Of a DNA stretch of 64,000 nt, positions 1 to 10,266 are shown in pieces; the first letter of the stretch is position 1, and each line of letters starts with the position of its first letter. The notes under the pieces are model-generated. The model saw nothing but the letters and a program-made list of their open reading frames with translations, made no database searches and was not told the DNA's origin. This DNA is from an uncultured candidate division Zixibacteria bacterium (lineage in GTDB: Bacteria; Zixibacteria; MSB-5A5; GN15; FEB-12). The stretch covers positions 992,001-1,056,000 of the forward strand of contig OY760907.1 of the NCBI GenBank assembly GCA_963664195.1, given 5' to 3'. The position numbers and the translations under genes are program-made.

Positions 1-678
1 GGCGCGACCGCATCGTTTGGTGCCGGATACTCAGATATGTACATCGTCAAGACGACTCACGACGGCACGTTCCAATGGGATCGTTCCTTCGGCGGCAGCG
101 GCGAAGAACGAGGCTACTCGATACAGGCCTGCCCGGACAGCGGCTATATCGTGGCGGGGTTCACGCAGTCTTTCGGAGCCGGACAACACGACATGTTTGT
201 GGTGAGAACCGACCCACTCGGATTCGGGCTCTGGGATCGGACATTCGGCGGCTCGGAATCAGATTACTGCCGGAGTATCATCACGGGTCAGAACTCATGG
301 GGACTAGTCGGCTATTCGTATTCATATAGTTCTGGCGGTTCCGATTTTTATGTAGTGAAGATCACAGGGGATCAACAGACCTCAGTCAGAGACGAGTTCA
401 CTCCGGGACTGCCGGAGAGTTTTGCACTCGCCCAAAATTATCCCAATCCGTTCAACCCGACCACAAGTATCGAGTTCTCGCTCACGCAACGAGCCAACGT
501 CACTCTGACCATTTATAATGTCCTCGGCCAGATGGTCGAGCTGTGGCAACCGGGCGAACTGCCGGCGGGCACTCACGCTCTGGAATGGAATGCCGGTGCT
601 CTGGCCTCGGGAGTGTATCTCTACCGACTCCAGGTCGGCAAGCAATCTTTGACCCGCAAGATGGTGCTGCTGAGATAG
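1..678 (+). CDS. Secreted protein with C-terminal T9SS-type/FlgD-like sorting domain (5' partial)
   Basis: Frame 1 is open from base 1 (GATASFGAGYSDMY...). It has repeated 'W.R.FGG..D/E' beta-propeller-like units and a C-terminus 'LAQNYPNPFNPTT...ASGVYLYRL...KMVLLR'. Confidence 0.85.
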   Translation, partial: GATASFGAGYSDMYIVKTTHDGTFQWDRSFGGSGEERGYSIQACPDSGYIVAGFTQSFGAGQHDMFVVRTDPLGFGLWDRTFGGSESDYCRSIITGQNSWGLVGYSYSYSSGGSDFYVVKITGDQQTSVRDEFTPGLPESFALAQNYPNPFNPTTSIEFSLTQRANVTLTIYNVLGQMVELWQPGELPAGTHALEWNAGALASGVYLYRLQVGKQSLTRKMVLLR

Positions 679-733
679 CCCGCACTGTCAGTTTTTGTGG
701 CGCGCTCAAGATGAACCATTGTATCTTGTCCCC

Positions 734-1507
734 ATGCATCGCAACCGTCCAGCTCTTGGCATAGATATCGGCGGGTCGTTCATCAAGATCGCTCCGGTTG
801 ATGTTGATTCGGGCAAATTGATGGCCGTTACCCAAACCGTTCCTGTCCCTAAACCGGCCACGCCGGACTCGATTCTTGAGATAATCCAGACGACTATCCG
901 CGAGACTAACTGGACCGGCCCCGTAGGAGTTGGCTATCCGGGCGTGATCAGGAACGGCGTGACGCTCACGGCCTGTCATGTCAGTGACGAATGGCTGGGA
1001 TATCGCCTGCTTGATCGCCTGGGCGAGTTCGTCTCCGCCCCGGTTGCCTTGCTAAACGATGCCGATGCGGCTGGCCTGGCCGAGATGACACTCGGGGCGG
1101 GCAGGGACCGCAATCGTCCCGGTGGCGGCACGGTTGTCACGCTGACGCTTGGCACGGGAATCGGATCGGCCCTTTTCCGCGATGGGAAGCTCTTCCCCAA
1201 CACCGAGTTCGGACATATCGAGCTGGACGGCGAGGATGCCGAAAGGATGGCCGCCGCTTCCGTGCGCACAACCCTCGGACTCACCTGGCAAGACTACGGC
1301 CGCCGCCTCAATCACTACCTCGACACAGTCCTCAAACTGCTGTCGCCCGACCGGGTCATTCTCGGTGGCGGCATCTCGGAGAACTACAATCAGTTCAGCA
1401 ATTTTCTGACCGGCAATGTCGAAATCATGCCTGCCTCTCTGGGCAACTCCGCCGGACTCATCGGGGCGGCAGTTGCCACCTCGGTCGATGAATCGGAACA
1501 AAAGTAG
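734..1507 (+). CDS. ppgK: Polyphosphate glucokinase / ROK-family sugar kinase
   Basis: Motifs LGIDIGGS.IK.A.VD, GVGYPGVI, LNDADAAGLAE, TLGTGIGSALF..G.LFPNTEFGH and ILGGGIS. ATG 734 is preferred over GTG/TTG 695. Confidence 0.85.
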   Translation: MHRNRPALGIDIGGSFIKIAPVDVDSGKLMAVTQTVPVPKPATPDSILEIIQTTIRETNWTGPVGVGYPGVIRNGVTLTACHVSDEWLGYRLLDRLGEFVSAPVALLNDADAAGLAEMTLGAGRDRNRPGGGTVVTLTLGTGIGSALFRDGKLFPNTEFGHIELDGEDAERMAAASVRTTLGLTWQDYGRRLNHYLDTVLKLLSPDRVILGGGISENYNQFSNFLTGNVEIMPASLGNSAGLIGAAVATSVDESEQK

Positions 1508-1559
1508 CACCGTATAGATTCTAATAGCTACAGATCGCAAACATGGAGGGATCTGGACT

Positions 1560-3629
1560 ATGCAAAAGGAATCGGCTAACACCTCAAAATTCCTTCTGGT
1601 AAGCATCATCCTCACGGCCGCTTTCGCCTGTTGCACTGATTGCACGGGTCAGGAATCGCGGGGCGCTGACAAGAGTAAGATAATGACGACAACACAGCTG
1701 GAAGGCAATGTCCACGCACCTGAATTTCCGGACAATCTCGAATGGCTCAATACCGAGGAGCCGCTGACTCTGGGGCAGCTGCAGGGCAAAGTCGTCCTGC
1801 TGGATTTCTGGACCTTCTGCTGCATCAACTGCATGCACGTGATCCCCGACTTGAAAAAGCTCGAAGAAAAATACGCTGATGAGTTGGTGGTAATCGGTGT
1901 CCACTCCGCCAAATTCACTAACGAGAAGAACACCGACGCCATCCGTCAGGCGATCCTCAGATACGAGATCAACCACCCGGTTATCAACGACGCCAATTTC
2001 GAAGTCTGGGAGGCCTACGCTACTCGCGCCTGGCCGACGTTCGTACTGATCAATCCAAATGGAGGAATAATCGGCGTCCATTCTGGTGAAGGGGTCTATG
2101 ATCTGTTCGACGAAATCATCCAGGAGACAATCGCGTACTTCGATACCAAAGGTGAGTTGGTCCGCGGCCCGCTGGTTATCGTTCCCGAAAGCAGCGGGCA
2201 GCCCAACACGCTGTTGTCGTTCCCCGGAAAAGTCAAGGCCGACCCAAAGACCGGGCGGCTGTATATCAGCGACACCAACCACAATCGTATCATTGTCGCC
2301 GATCGAACGGGCATGATTCTCGACGTAATCGGCGCCGGGGTCACCGGCTCTGCCGACGGTTCGTTTGAAACAGCCGAGTTCAATCACCCGCAGGGGACGT
2401 TTGTTATGGACAATACCCTGTATATCGCTGACACGGAAAACCACCTCATTCGGGCCGCCGACCTGATGACCCGAACGATCCGCACGCTGGTAGGCACCGG
2501 AAAACAATCGCGGGAGTTTGACCGGATCGGTTACGGCCCCGAGGCGGCACTCAACTCTCCCTGGGATTTGGTTGGTGTTGGCAAAATGCTGTACGTCGCA
2601 ATGGCCGGCTCGCACCAGATCTGGTCGGTCGACCTCGAGACGCTCGAGGCCAAACCACATGCCGGATCCGGCCGTGAGAACCGGATGGACGGTCCGCTGC
2701 TCAGCGCACAACTGGCCCAGCCCTCCGGTATAACCACCGATGGCACCCTGTTGTATTTCGCCGACTCGGAAGTATCCTCGATTCGCTCGGCGGCGATCGA
2801 TACCGATGGTCAGGTGGCTACAATAATCGGGAGTGGATTGTTCCAATTCGGTGATGTCGATGGTCCGGCCGATGCCGCTCTGCTCCAGCATCCGCTGGGG
2901 GTGGCGTACCGCAACGGTCTTCTGTTTGTCGCGGATACTTACAACTCGAAAATCAAAGTCATCAATCCCGCCTGGCGAACAAGCGCAACGTATGCCGGAG
3001 CGGGCGGGCACGGTCTCGTCGACGGTCCCCGAGGAGCCGCGCAGTTTAATGAACCTTCGGGCGTGACGGTGCTGGGCGATGAGTTGTTTGTCTCCGACGC
3101 CAATAACCACGAAATCAGAGTGGTGAACCTTGAGACTGGCGACGTCAGCACGCTTGTTCTGAGCAATGTTGAACGGCTGTCCAAGCACGGCATGGCGCAG
3201 CTTGCGGGACGAGTCATCAAGGTGTCACCACAGACGATATTGAAGGGTCCCGGCAAGATCGGCATTAACGTGGTTCTCCCCGACGGATTCCATTTGCTGC
3301 CCGGGGCGCCGATTGATGTCGATCTGAGGTCGGATGATGAAAAGGTAATGCATGCTGTCGGTCATACACGAACCATGTCTGCCACCGGCGAACCACAACC
3401 GTTTCAGGTGACAGTGGAATCGCGTCGCGGGAAAACCGACGTTACACTCGATGCGTTGATCTATTACTGCTCCGATGTCGCCAAGACCTGCTTGATTGAC
3501 AGAGTACAGATCAGGATACCCGTGGAGGTCAAGAGCCGCCGCGCGCCGGACGCTATCGGACTGACAGTGGCAGTGGAAGTGCCGGAGGAGTCCCGGGACA
3601 TGCAGCCGAACATTTTCCAGGCCAAGTAG
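1560..3629 (+). CDS. Thioredoxin-like + NHL-repeat protein (NHLRC2/SOQ1-like), probably exported
   Basis: RBS GGAGG and hydrophobic N-terminus. Motifs 'LLDFWTFCCINCMH' and 'IGVHSAKF.NEK', several NHL repeats (FNHPQG, LNSPWD, LAQPSG, LQHPLG, FNEPSG) and a C-terminal YYC-x5-C. Confidence 0.85.
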   Translation: MQKESANTSKFLLVSIILTAAFACCTDCTGQESRGADKSKIMTTTQLEGNVHAPEFPDNLEWLNTEEPLTLGQLQGKVVLLDFWTFCCINCMHVIPDLKKLEEKYADELVVIGVHSAKFTNEKNTDAIRQAILRYEINHPVINDANFEVWEAYATRAWPTFVLINPNGGIIGVHSGEGVYDLFDEIIQETIAYFDTKGELVRGPLVIVPESSGQPNTLLSFPGKVKADPKTGRLYISDTNHNRIIVADRTGMILDVIGAGVTGSADGSFETAEFNHPQGTFVMDNTLYIADTENHLIRAADLMTRTIRTLVGTGKQSREFDRIGYGPEAALNSPWDLVGVGKMLYVAMAGSHQIWSVDLETLEAKPHAGSGRENRMDGPLLSAQLAQPSGITTDGTLLYFADSEVSSIRSAAIDTDGQVATIIGSGLFQFGDVDGPADAALLQHPLGVAYRNGLLFVADTYNSKIKVINPAWRTSATYAGAGGHGLVDGPRGAAQFNEPSGVTVLGDELFVSDANNHEIRVVNLETGDVSTLVLSNVERLSKHGMAQLAGRVIKVSPQTILKGPGKIGINVVLPDGFHLLPGAPIDVDLRSDDEKVMHAVGHTRTMSATGEPQPFQVTVESRRGKTDVTLDALIYYCSDVAKTCLIDRVQIRIPVEVKSRRAPDAIGLTVAVEVPEESRDMQPNIFQAK

Positions 3630-3746
3630 ACGTCTACAAATGAAGTCCCCTTTTCTACGTGCTGTTGCACGAAGACACCTGACTGCACGTAGCGCGATCA
3701 CTCCCTCCGTGCGCGGCAGATTGCCGTCTGCCCGATTCACGTGGTC

Positions 3747-5183
3747 CTACGACACCGTTGGTTTCGGCGTGACAATCGAAATCAGCGGATTGGCCGCCAG
3801 CGAAACCATCATTCCTATCGTTCCGGCTGCCGGTGACGGCATCCCGTCAATGTACAGATACAAACAGACTGTGAGACCGAGCACCGCCGAGCCGACCGCC
3901 CCGTAAACATTGGCGCGTTTTGTGAACAGACCCCAGATGAACGGCCCCAGGAAAACCGATCCAATCGCTCCCCACGAGACGCCGAGAATCGCTACAATCG
4001 TATCCGGCTTGATGTAAGCCAGTACCACCGAGAGAATTACAAAAAACACGCTGGCAACACGCATGAGCAGCGTGAGCTTCTTGTCGGAGACTGAAGGATT
4101 GATGAAACCGGCATATACGTCTTTGGCAACCGAGGAGCTTGAGATCAACACCAGCGCCGCAAGAGTAGACATCGAGGCCGAAAGGATCAGCAAAAGGATC
4201 AAGACTTCAAGCGCTTCGGGAACAACGTTGGCCAACAGTTCGGGCATGAGGGCATCGAACACGGGCTTGCCGTTGTTGAAGGCGTTTGGCGCGTTTTCGG
4301 GTGTGAGAAAGAACCGTGTGGTCGCTCCGGTGAAATAGCCGATACCGCCCACCAGGAATGCAAAGAAGGTCGAGGCGACCATACCGATCCGCACCGAGCG
4401 TTTGTCTTTGATCGCGTAGAATTTCTGCACCAACTGGGGCATCGCAAACGGCGCAACCGAAGTCAGGAACACCAGACTGAACAGCGGCCACCATCCGGGA
4501 GGACCAACGATCTCAGTCAGTTTCGGACTGATCTGCGACAGGGCGGAAGTGATGTTCCCGAGTCCGTCGCCGGCATCGAGTGTGCTCCACAGAAGGATGA
4601 TGACGCCGACACTCATAATCATACCGAAAACGACGTCGATCATCGTCATTGACTTGTACCCGCCCATGACGAGATACATGGCGGTGAAACTCCCCATGAG
4701 AATGAGCGCCAGGGTGTAGTCGATTCCAAACACCGACCGGAACAGATATGACAGTCCCATAAACACTGCGGCTGAATACGGAATGAAGAAGACAAAGATA
4801 CAAACAGCGGCGAACAGTTTCAGAAAACGGCTGTTGTATCGTTTCTGAAAGAACTCTGCCATGGTCGCTACACCGTAGTCAACCGACATCTTCTTGATGC
4901 GATACCCCATCAGCCACCAGACACCCAGGACGCCGAGCAGAGCGTTGCCGACTGCAATCCACAGGCCGGAGTAACCAAATCCCCAGCCAATCTTGCCCGC
5001 GAAACCGATGAACAGCACGGCTGAGAAGTAGGCAGTACCATAGGTGAATGCAGTCATCCAGGGACCGATATTGCCGCCGCCGAGGAAGAAATCAGAAAAC
5101 GAGCGGGTTTTCCGCATTCCTTTGATGCCAATGATGATTATCATCAACGCAAAAGCCGCTATCACGCCTACTTTCAAAAACAT
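3747..5183 (-). CDS. Sodium:solute symporter (SSS family, PutP/PanF-like)
   Basis: About 13 hydrophobic segments, with 'DFFLGG..IGPW..AF.Y', 'YFSAV.FIGFAG' and 'LSASMSTL'. Confidence 0.9.
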   Translation of the reverse strand: MFLKVGVIAAFALMIIIIGIKGMRKTRSFSDFFLGGGNIGPWMTAFTYGTAYFSAVLFIGFAGKIGWGFGYSGLWIAVGNALLGVLGVWWLMGYRIKKMSVDYGVATMAEFFQKRYNSRFLKLFAAVCIFVFFIPYSAAVFMGLSYLFRSVFGIDYTLALILMGSFTAMYLVMGGYKSMTMIDVVFGMIMSVGVIILLWSTLDAGDGLGNITSALSQISPKLTEIVGPPGWWPLFSLVFLTSVAPFAMPQLVQKFYAIKDKRSVRIGMVASTFFAFLVGGIGYFTGATTRFFLTPENAPNAFNNGKPVFDALMPELLANVVPEALEVLILLLILSASMSTLAALVLISSSSVAKDVYAGFINPSVSDKKLTLLMRVASVFFVILSVVLAYIKPDTIVAILGVSWGAIGSVFLGPFIWGLFTKRANVYGAVGSAVLGLTVCLYLYIDGMPSPAAGTIGMMVSLAANPLISIVTPKPTVS

Positions 5184-5299
5184 ATTGTCTCCGCAATCAA
5201 GTCCCGTTTAGTCTGTTCTCCCCTTGTCTGAACAGCAAAGCACGTAAAAAGCGGTACGCGACGCTCTTTGTCAACTGATGATGGCGATGATGTTGAGAC

Positions 5300-6469
5300 T
5301 CAGCGGCCAGAAGACTGTTCCCAGTAGCGGTCAAGTTGCTTGGCGAGCTGGCTGTTCCTGGAGTCTTCTTCGATGGCCAACTCCATGAAATAGATCGCTT
5401 CCTGGATATCCCCCCGTGCTTCGCGGATTGACGCCAGAGTGGACAGCACACGGGCCTTGAACTTGCCGGGGGCGGCGCGGCCCCATACCTCACGGGTCCA
5501 CCGCTCGGCTTCCTCGAGATTGATCTTGCGTTCAAGGCACCATTTTGAAAAAGCATAGAACTTGTCGGGGTTGGTTTGCCAATCGGAGTCCAGAGCTTTC
5601 CGTTTCAACTCAACGGCTCCGGCAGTATCAAGGGCAATATACAGAGCGCTATCGGCTCTGAGATCGATGAGGGCGTCTCGATCTTTTGGGGCTTTCGAGT
5701 CGGCACCCGCCTTCAGGCCGGCTTGAAGGTAACCGGCGACCTGATCCGTGGCGCCGAGCTTGCGGGCTAGTTTGACGGTCAACTGCGCGATACGGATTGA
5801 ATCTCCCGCCGAGATAGCGGGCGCCTTCAGGGCGCTGTCAACCGACGGAAGCACCTGCGCAAAAGCCGTCTGCCCGGTCCAACCGGCGTTTACGGTAGCG
5901 AGGAAGATTTTGTAGGCGAAATCGCGTCCCGTGAGAGTCTGTGCACGACGGTAGTAGTCGACGGCTTTCAGATACTCAAAGCTATCGTTGAAGTACTGCG
6001 CCAGATCGAGCGCCTCCCGATACGACGGTGCCAGCTCAAATGCCGCCACGCGGTCGTTGATCGTGGTCAGGTCCTTCAGGGACGTATTGAGTCTATGGAC
6101 GAACTGACCTGCCCCCGTGTAACCAGTGAATCGGCTGATAATCTCTCCCCCGACGTTGGTTAGAATGAATACGGGGTAGGTTTCTCCCGCCCGGTACTGT
6201 TCGGCCAACTCGACGCCTTCGCCCTCGGCGACATTGAGCGGAAGATGGACCACGCGTTTGAGCGCCGCCTTGACGATCTCCTCTGTTTCGGCCTCGCGCG
6301 CGGCCAGCTCACAGTACTCGCAACCCTCGAAATGGAACTCGAGCAGCAGCGGCAGGTCCTGGCGGACGGCGATTGTCCGGGCAGAGTCAAATGACGAAGT
6401 GGTTTCGTCGCAAAAAGCGGTAGAGTGTAGGAAGAGTATAGCGGAAACGATGAGGAGTATTGCACGCAT
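5300..6469 (-). CDS. Exported thioredoxin-fold (CEYC) protein with C-terminal TPR-like helices
   Basis: Signal-like MRAILLIVSAILFLHSTAFC, 'LLLEF...GCEYC', 'YPVFI', and TPR-like C-terminus 'LSTLASIREARGDIQEAI'. Confidence 0.7.
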   Translation of the reverse strand: MRAILLIVSAILFLHSTAFCDETTSSFDSARTIAVRQDLPLLLEFHFEGCEYCELAAREAETEEIVKAALKRVVHLPLNVAEGEGVELAEQYRAGETYPVFILTNVGGEIISRFTGYTGAGQFVHRLNTSLKDLTTINDRVAAFELAPSYREALDLAQYFNDSFEYLKAVDYYRRAQTLTGRDFAYKIFLATVNAGWTGQTAFAQVLPSVDSALKAPAISAGDSIRIAQLTVKLARKLGATDQVAGYLQAGLKAGADSKAPKDRDALIDLRADSALYIALDTAGAVELKRKALDSDWQTNPDKFYAFSKWCLERKINLEEAERWTREVWGRAAPGKFKARVLSTLASIREARGDIQEAIYFMELAIEEDSRNSQLAKQLDRYWEQSSGR

Positions 6470-6504
6470 CTGGTTATGTTTTGCTCCGTCAGCAGCTAGT
6501 TCTT

Positions 6505-6566
6505 GTAGGTCAAAACCCATACGGTTTTGACATCGGACTGTCGGAACCGCAGGGGTTCCGATCTAC
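6505..6566. repeat. Inverted pair of GTAG-family REP-like hairpins (REPIN-like)
   Basis: GTAG-GTCAAAACC-catac-GGTTTTGAC on the + strand faces GTAG-ATCGGAACC-cctgc-GGTTCCGAC on the - strand. A related copy is at 16496-16522. Confidence 0.7.
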
Positions 6567-7282
6567 TTCTCTGTCTCGGCCTCACCGGTCATGGGGACGA
6601 ACCGCACTAATGCCTGAGTTGTCGCGACGAGCACCGAATCTTTCTTTTCGATCAGCAGCAGTTCCTGACGATCCTCGCCAACCGGGATCACCATGCGGCC
6701 CCCCTCGGCCAACTGGTCAGTCAGCGGTTCGGGAACTTCGGCAGGTGCGGCCGTGACGATGATCGCTTCAAACGGCGCTTGTTCCGGCCAGCCCTTATAC
6801 CCGTCACCGGCTCTGACGGTTATGTTCTCATAGCCAAGATCATTTAACAACGACGCCGAAGCCTCTGCAAGAACATCGACGATCTCAATCGTGTACACCT
6901 CAGCCGCCAACTCCCCGAGAATGGCCGCCTGATAACCGGAGCCGGTGCCGATTTCGAGTACTTTTTCGTCGCCGTCGAGATGCAGCAATTCGGTCATCAC
7001 CGCCACAATGTACGGTTGCGATATTGTCTGCCCGGCAGCAATTCGGAGCGGAGTGTCTTCGTAGGCAGCATATCGGCTGCTTTCGGGGACGAACAAATGG
7101 CGTTCGACAGATCGCATAGCGTCGAGAACACGCAGATCGGATATGCCGCGATTCTCGATTTGTTCGCGGACCATCCGTTGACGCTGTTCTTCATAGTTGG
7201 GGTTGTCGGCGGCGATTACTACGGAAGCGATAGTGAACATGATCGCCACAACAACGCTGAGTCTGCCAAGCATCCTACGCAT
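6563..7282 (-). CDS. pcm: Protein-L-isoaspartate O-methyltransferase with signal-like N-terminus
   Basis: Motifs RHLFVP, AYED.PL.I..GQTISQP, VLEIGTGSGYQAA, APFEAIIVTAA, L..QLAEGGRMVIPVG and VRFVPM. Confidence 0.95.
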   Translation of the reverse strand: MRRMLGRLSVVVAIMFTIASVVIAADNPNYEEQRQRMVREQIENRGISDLRVLDAMRSVERHLFVPESSRYAAYEDTPLRIAAGQTISQPYIVAVMTELLHLDGDEKVLEIGTGSGYQAAILGELAAEVYTIEIVDVLAEASASLLNDLGYENITVRAGDGYKGWPEQAPFEAIIVTAAPAEVPEPLTDQLAEGGRMVIPVGEDRQELLLIEKKDSVLVATTQALVRFVPMTGEAETEK

Positions 7283-7467
7283 ACAGGTATAACAAACTCG
7301 GCGGCGAGGAGTTTGTCAAGTTCTGGGATGGGGAGCTACCTTTGGCTTTGCGTCTTTCTACCCATCCAAACAAGTTTGAGTGGGCCACCCGATAACGTGG
7401 TTTGTTTTCCGTAAGGGTGGGTAGGCAGTGTCCGGGTAGCCGGTTCAAGCTTGCTTGGGCCGGGAGT

Positions 7468-7491
7468 CCGTCAGGGACGGAACCCTGACGG
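7468..7491. repeat. 9-bp hairpin just downstream of the AlgE-like gene (terminator or REP-like)
   Basis: CCGTCAGGG-acggaa-CCCTGACGG, with no clear U-tract. Confidence 0.4.
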
Positions 7492-7510
7492 TCACGGATA
7501 TAGCGGAGAT

Positions 7511-8818
7511 TCAAATAGTGAAAAGGAATTCGAGCCTCGTCCAGGAATAACCGTCGGCACCGTCGAAATAGAAATTCCCCGGCACAAATCCTTCCCACAG
7601 AATATGGCCGGTCAAACGCGGATTGATGCGGAAGATCAGCTTGCCGACAAACAACTCGCCACGTGTTCTACCACTGCCTCCGGGGAAATCGGCTACGATG
7701 GAATGCTCGGGGGCCATGAGGTGATGGTAGTCCAGAAGCAGTTTCATATCCTTGCCCGGCTCGAATGTCAGACGGCCAAAGATGTCGACGTGGTTTGTCC
7801 AATAGGCCACCCGCCCGGCGTTTTCCTTCACCTGAGTATAGATGTAGGACTCGCTGAATTTGGGCCAGCGGGCGAACATGGGATCCCACCCCTCGAAATC
7901 GTCGGTGGCGGGGTCGTCGCCGGTCAGATAGACGGAGCCAAGCGTGAGCGTCTGCGGCAGATAGGTCGGCCAGTGCGTATTGTAATCGGCATGGAAGTGA
8001 CCACCAAACGCCGAACGATCAGCACGGTCGTGCGTCCCGAACTGGTAGGTTCCTTCGACGGCAAGAGACAGGTCGCCAGCCAGCGGCAATTGTACGCGAG
8101 AGCCGATCATATTGATCTCGGTTGCTACTCGCGTTCCCTCTGCTTTCTGATTCTTGCGCATGTAATACGCCTGAAGGTCAACCTTGCCGTGTTTGCCCTC
8201 GTAGTACGCGCCGAAACCTTCTTCCGGCTGTTCGATGAGGGCATTGACGCTGTCTTTGAGAACAGGCAGATAATCGTCGTTAACGGGCTGATACATGTAG
8301 AACAAGCTGAGCTTGTGATTCTCGCGCGGTTGCCAGTCGAAACGGGCGGCATTGAAGTAGATACAGCGGGAGCCAACCAACGGGCCGCCGTCGAGAACGA
8401 CAAACCCTTCGCCAAAGATTATATTCTGGCGTCCGACGGTAAGCGTACCCGGAATCAGCGCGTCGGTCTTGATTTTCGCGTAGAGCAGATCAACAAACAG
8501 CTCATCATAACTGAAATCGCGGCTTTCCGGGACAAAGTAGTATCGGAATTCATTGGTCAGCTTCAGAGCCAATTCAAGTTCATCGGCGGGATACCATTGC
8601 CCCATGACGCTCGTCCGATGGCGCGTGAATGCAGAACCGCCCCCGGTGCTGTCGGCGAGAGTGATAGCGTTGTCCCATGTCACAAGACGAAATCGCTCGC
8701 TGAAGCTGAGTTTGACGTTCGGATGGATGTTGCCTTTGGGGGAATCGGCCGCCACAGTGGCGCTTACGCCCAGCAAGAACGCAAGTAGCGTTGTCAGAAG
8801 GAATTGGTGTCTAATCAT
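7511..8818 (-). CDS. Alginate export (AlgE-like) outer-membrane beta-barrel protein
   Basis: Signal peptide from ATG 8818, 'TLTVGRQNIIFGEGFVV.DG', 'YLTGDDP.T..FEGWDPMF', alternating beta-strands and an aromatic C-terminus (LEFLFTI). Confidence 0.7.
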   Translation of the reverse strand: MIRHQFLLTTLLAFLLGVSATVAADSPKGNIHPNVKLSFSERFRLVTWDNAITLADSTGGGSAFTRHRTSVMGQWYPADELELALKLTNEFRYYFVPESRDFSYDELFVDLLYAKIKTDALIPGTLTVGRQNIIFGEGFVVLDGGPLVGSRCIYFNAARFDWQPRENHKLSLFYMYQPVNDDYLPVLKDSVNALIEQPEEGFGAYYEGKHGKVDLQAYYMRKNQKAEGTRVATEINMIGSRVQLPLAGDLSLAVEGTYQFGTHDRADRSAFGGHFHADYNTHWPTYLPQTLTLGSVYLTGDDPATDDFEGWDPMFARWPKFSESYIYTQVKENAGRVAYWTNHVDIFGRLTFEPGKDMKLLLDYHHLMAPEHSIVADFPGGSGRTRGELFVGKLIFRINPRLTGHILWEGFVPGNFYFDGADGYSWTRLEFLFTI

Positions 8819-9075
8819 GCCCCCCAACAAACGACACGACGGAGCCCGTGTCAAGCGCATCTCTCGACAGTATTCTCGCAGATCGCTGCGGAACCTGCGT
8901 CCTCGCAGGGTGTTGAAAGAAACTGAGACAACCAACAGGAGGAACGTGCGATTTCGTATAATACGGATCGGCAATCTCTATGTTGATACCGGCAAACCGG
9001 CTGATTTCCCGTGCTACTCCGGTGGCGCGCAGCCTGACAACAGGTGTTTCGAGCACGAAGAACAGGAAGCAGAGC

Positions 9076-10254
9076 ATGTCTGACAATAACGGCGGCAGAA
9101 GGCCGCAACCGATACAACACCATGCCGGGTATCCCGGCCTTGAGGGTGTGAAACAGATAATAGCAATCGCCAGCGGCAAGGGGGGCGTGGGCAAATCAAC
9201 GGTCAGCAGCAACCTCGCGGTGGCACTGAAAAAAGCGGGAGCGAAAGTCGGGTTGATGGACGCCGACATTTACGGTCCCAGCCAACCGACGATGCTCGGG
9301 TCGCACGGAGAACAGCCGGATGTTGACAGCAACAAGTTGATTCCCGTGAAACGGCATGGCATAAAGTTCGTGTCGATGGGCCTGCTCCTTGACGACGACG
9401 GTCCCGTAATCTGGCGCGCACCGATGGCCGTCAAGATGATCCATCAGTTCATCAGCTCTGTAGAGTGGGGTGAGCTTGACTTCCTCCTTATAGACCTTCC
9501 CCCCGGCACCGGCGATGTCCAGCTCACGCTGGCCCAGCAGGCACCGTTGACCGGAGCGGTCATTGTCACCACCCCGCAACAGGTAGCTCTCGGCGTGGCA
9601 CGAAAGGGGCTGAAGATGTTTCAGCAGGTGAACGTGCCGATCCTGGGCATTGTCGAAAACATGGCAGGGTTCACCTGCAGTCATTGCGATGAAGTCACGC
9701 ACATATTCAAAGAGGGCGGAGGCAATCGTCTTGCGGAGGAATTCAAGCTGCCGTTTCTCGGATCCATCCCGCTCGACCCCGAAGTCGTGACCGGCGGCGA
9801 AGACGGCGTCCCGGTCACAGAGCGCTCAGCAACCTCGGTTGCTTCCAGAGCGTTTGCTTCTGTCGCCTTGAGACTCGGGGAGCATCTGGAAAAGCAGGCC
9901 GAGGAAGCCTCGAATCTGGAGCCAAAGAGCTTCCGGCTGGACGAGTCTGGCAATCTCGTGATCGACTGGCCTGACGGACACCAGGGACTTCTCACGCCGT
10001 ACAGCCTACGCAAATCATGTCCGTGCGCGTCCTGTGTCGACGAGGACACCGGCAAGCGAATCCTGGACCCGAGACAAGTCCCCCTCGATATCAGCATCAC
10101 GAAAATGCAGCCGGTGGGCCGGTATGCCCTTGCGTTTGAGTTCTCGGATCATCACAACACCGGAATTTACCGCTACGAGATTCTTAGAGACTGGTGCGAA
10201 TGCCAGGAATGTGCTACGAAGCGCGGAGATCGTGCCGCAGCCTTCAGAGTATAG
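9076..10254 (+). CDS. Mrp/ApbC/NBP35 Fe-S carrier ATPase fused to C-terminal DUF971 (GBBH-like N) domain
   Basis: [47 protein letters not shown]-terminal 'W.DGH...[10 protein letters not shown]...VGRYAL.F.FSD.HNTGIY..E.L'. Confidence 0.9.
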   Translation: MSDNNGGRRPQPIQHHAGYPGLEGVKQIIAIASGKGGVGKSTVSSNLAVALKKAGAKVGLMDADIYGPSQPTMLGSHGEQPDVDSNKLIPVKRHGIKFVSMGLLLDDDGPVIWRAPMAVKMIHQFISSVEWGELDFLLIDLPPGTGDVQLTLAQQAPLTGAVIVTTPQQVALGVARKGLKMFQQVNVPILGIVENMAGFTCSHCDEVTHIFKEGGGNRLAEEFKLPFLGSIPLDPEVVTGGEDGVPVTERSATSVASRAFASVALRLGEHLEKQAEEASNLEPKSFRLDESGNLVIDWPDGHQGLLTPYSLRKSCPCASCVDEDTGKRILDPRQVPLDISITKMQPVGRYALAFEFSDHHNTGIYRYEILRDWCECQECATKRGDRAAAFRV

Positions 10255-10266
10255 AAAGGAAACTTC

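Noticed and set aside
1584..3188. 534-aa - strand ORF
   Set aside because: Antisense to the motif-rich thioredoxin-NHL gene, with no recognisable domain.
5184..5299. Small accessory membrane protein often found upstream of SSS symporters
   Set aside because: No suitable hydrophobic ORF is visible in this gap.
7451..8788. 445-aa + strand ORF
   Set aside because: Antisense shadow of the AlgE-like barrel, which has the signal peptide and barrel signature.
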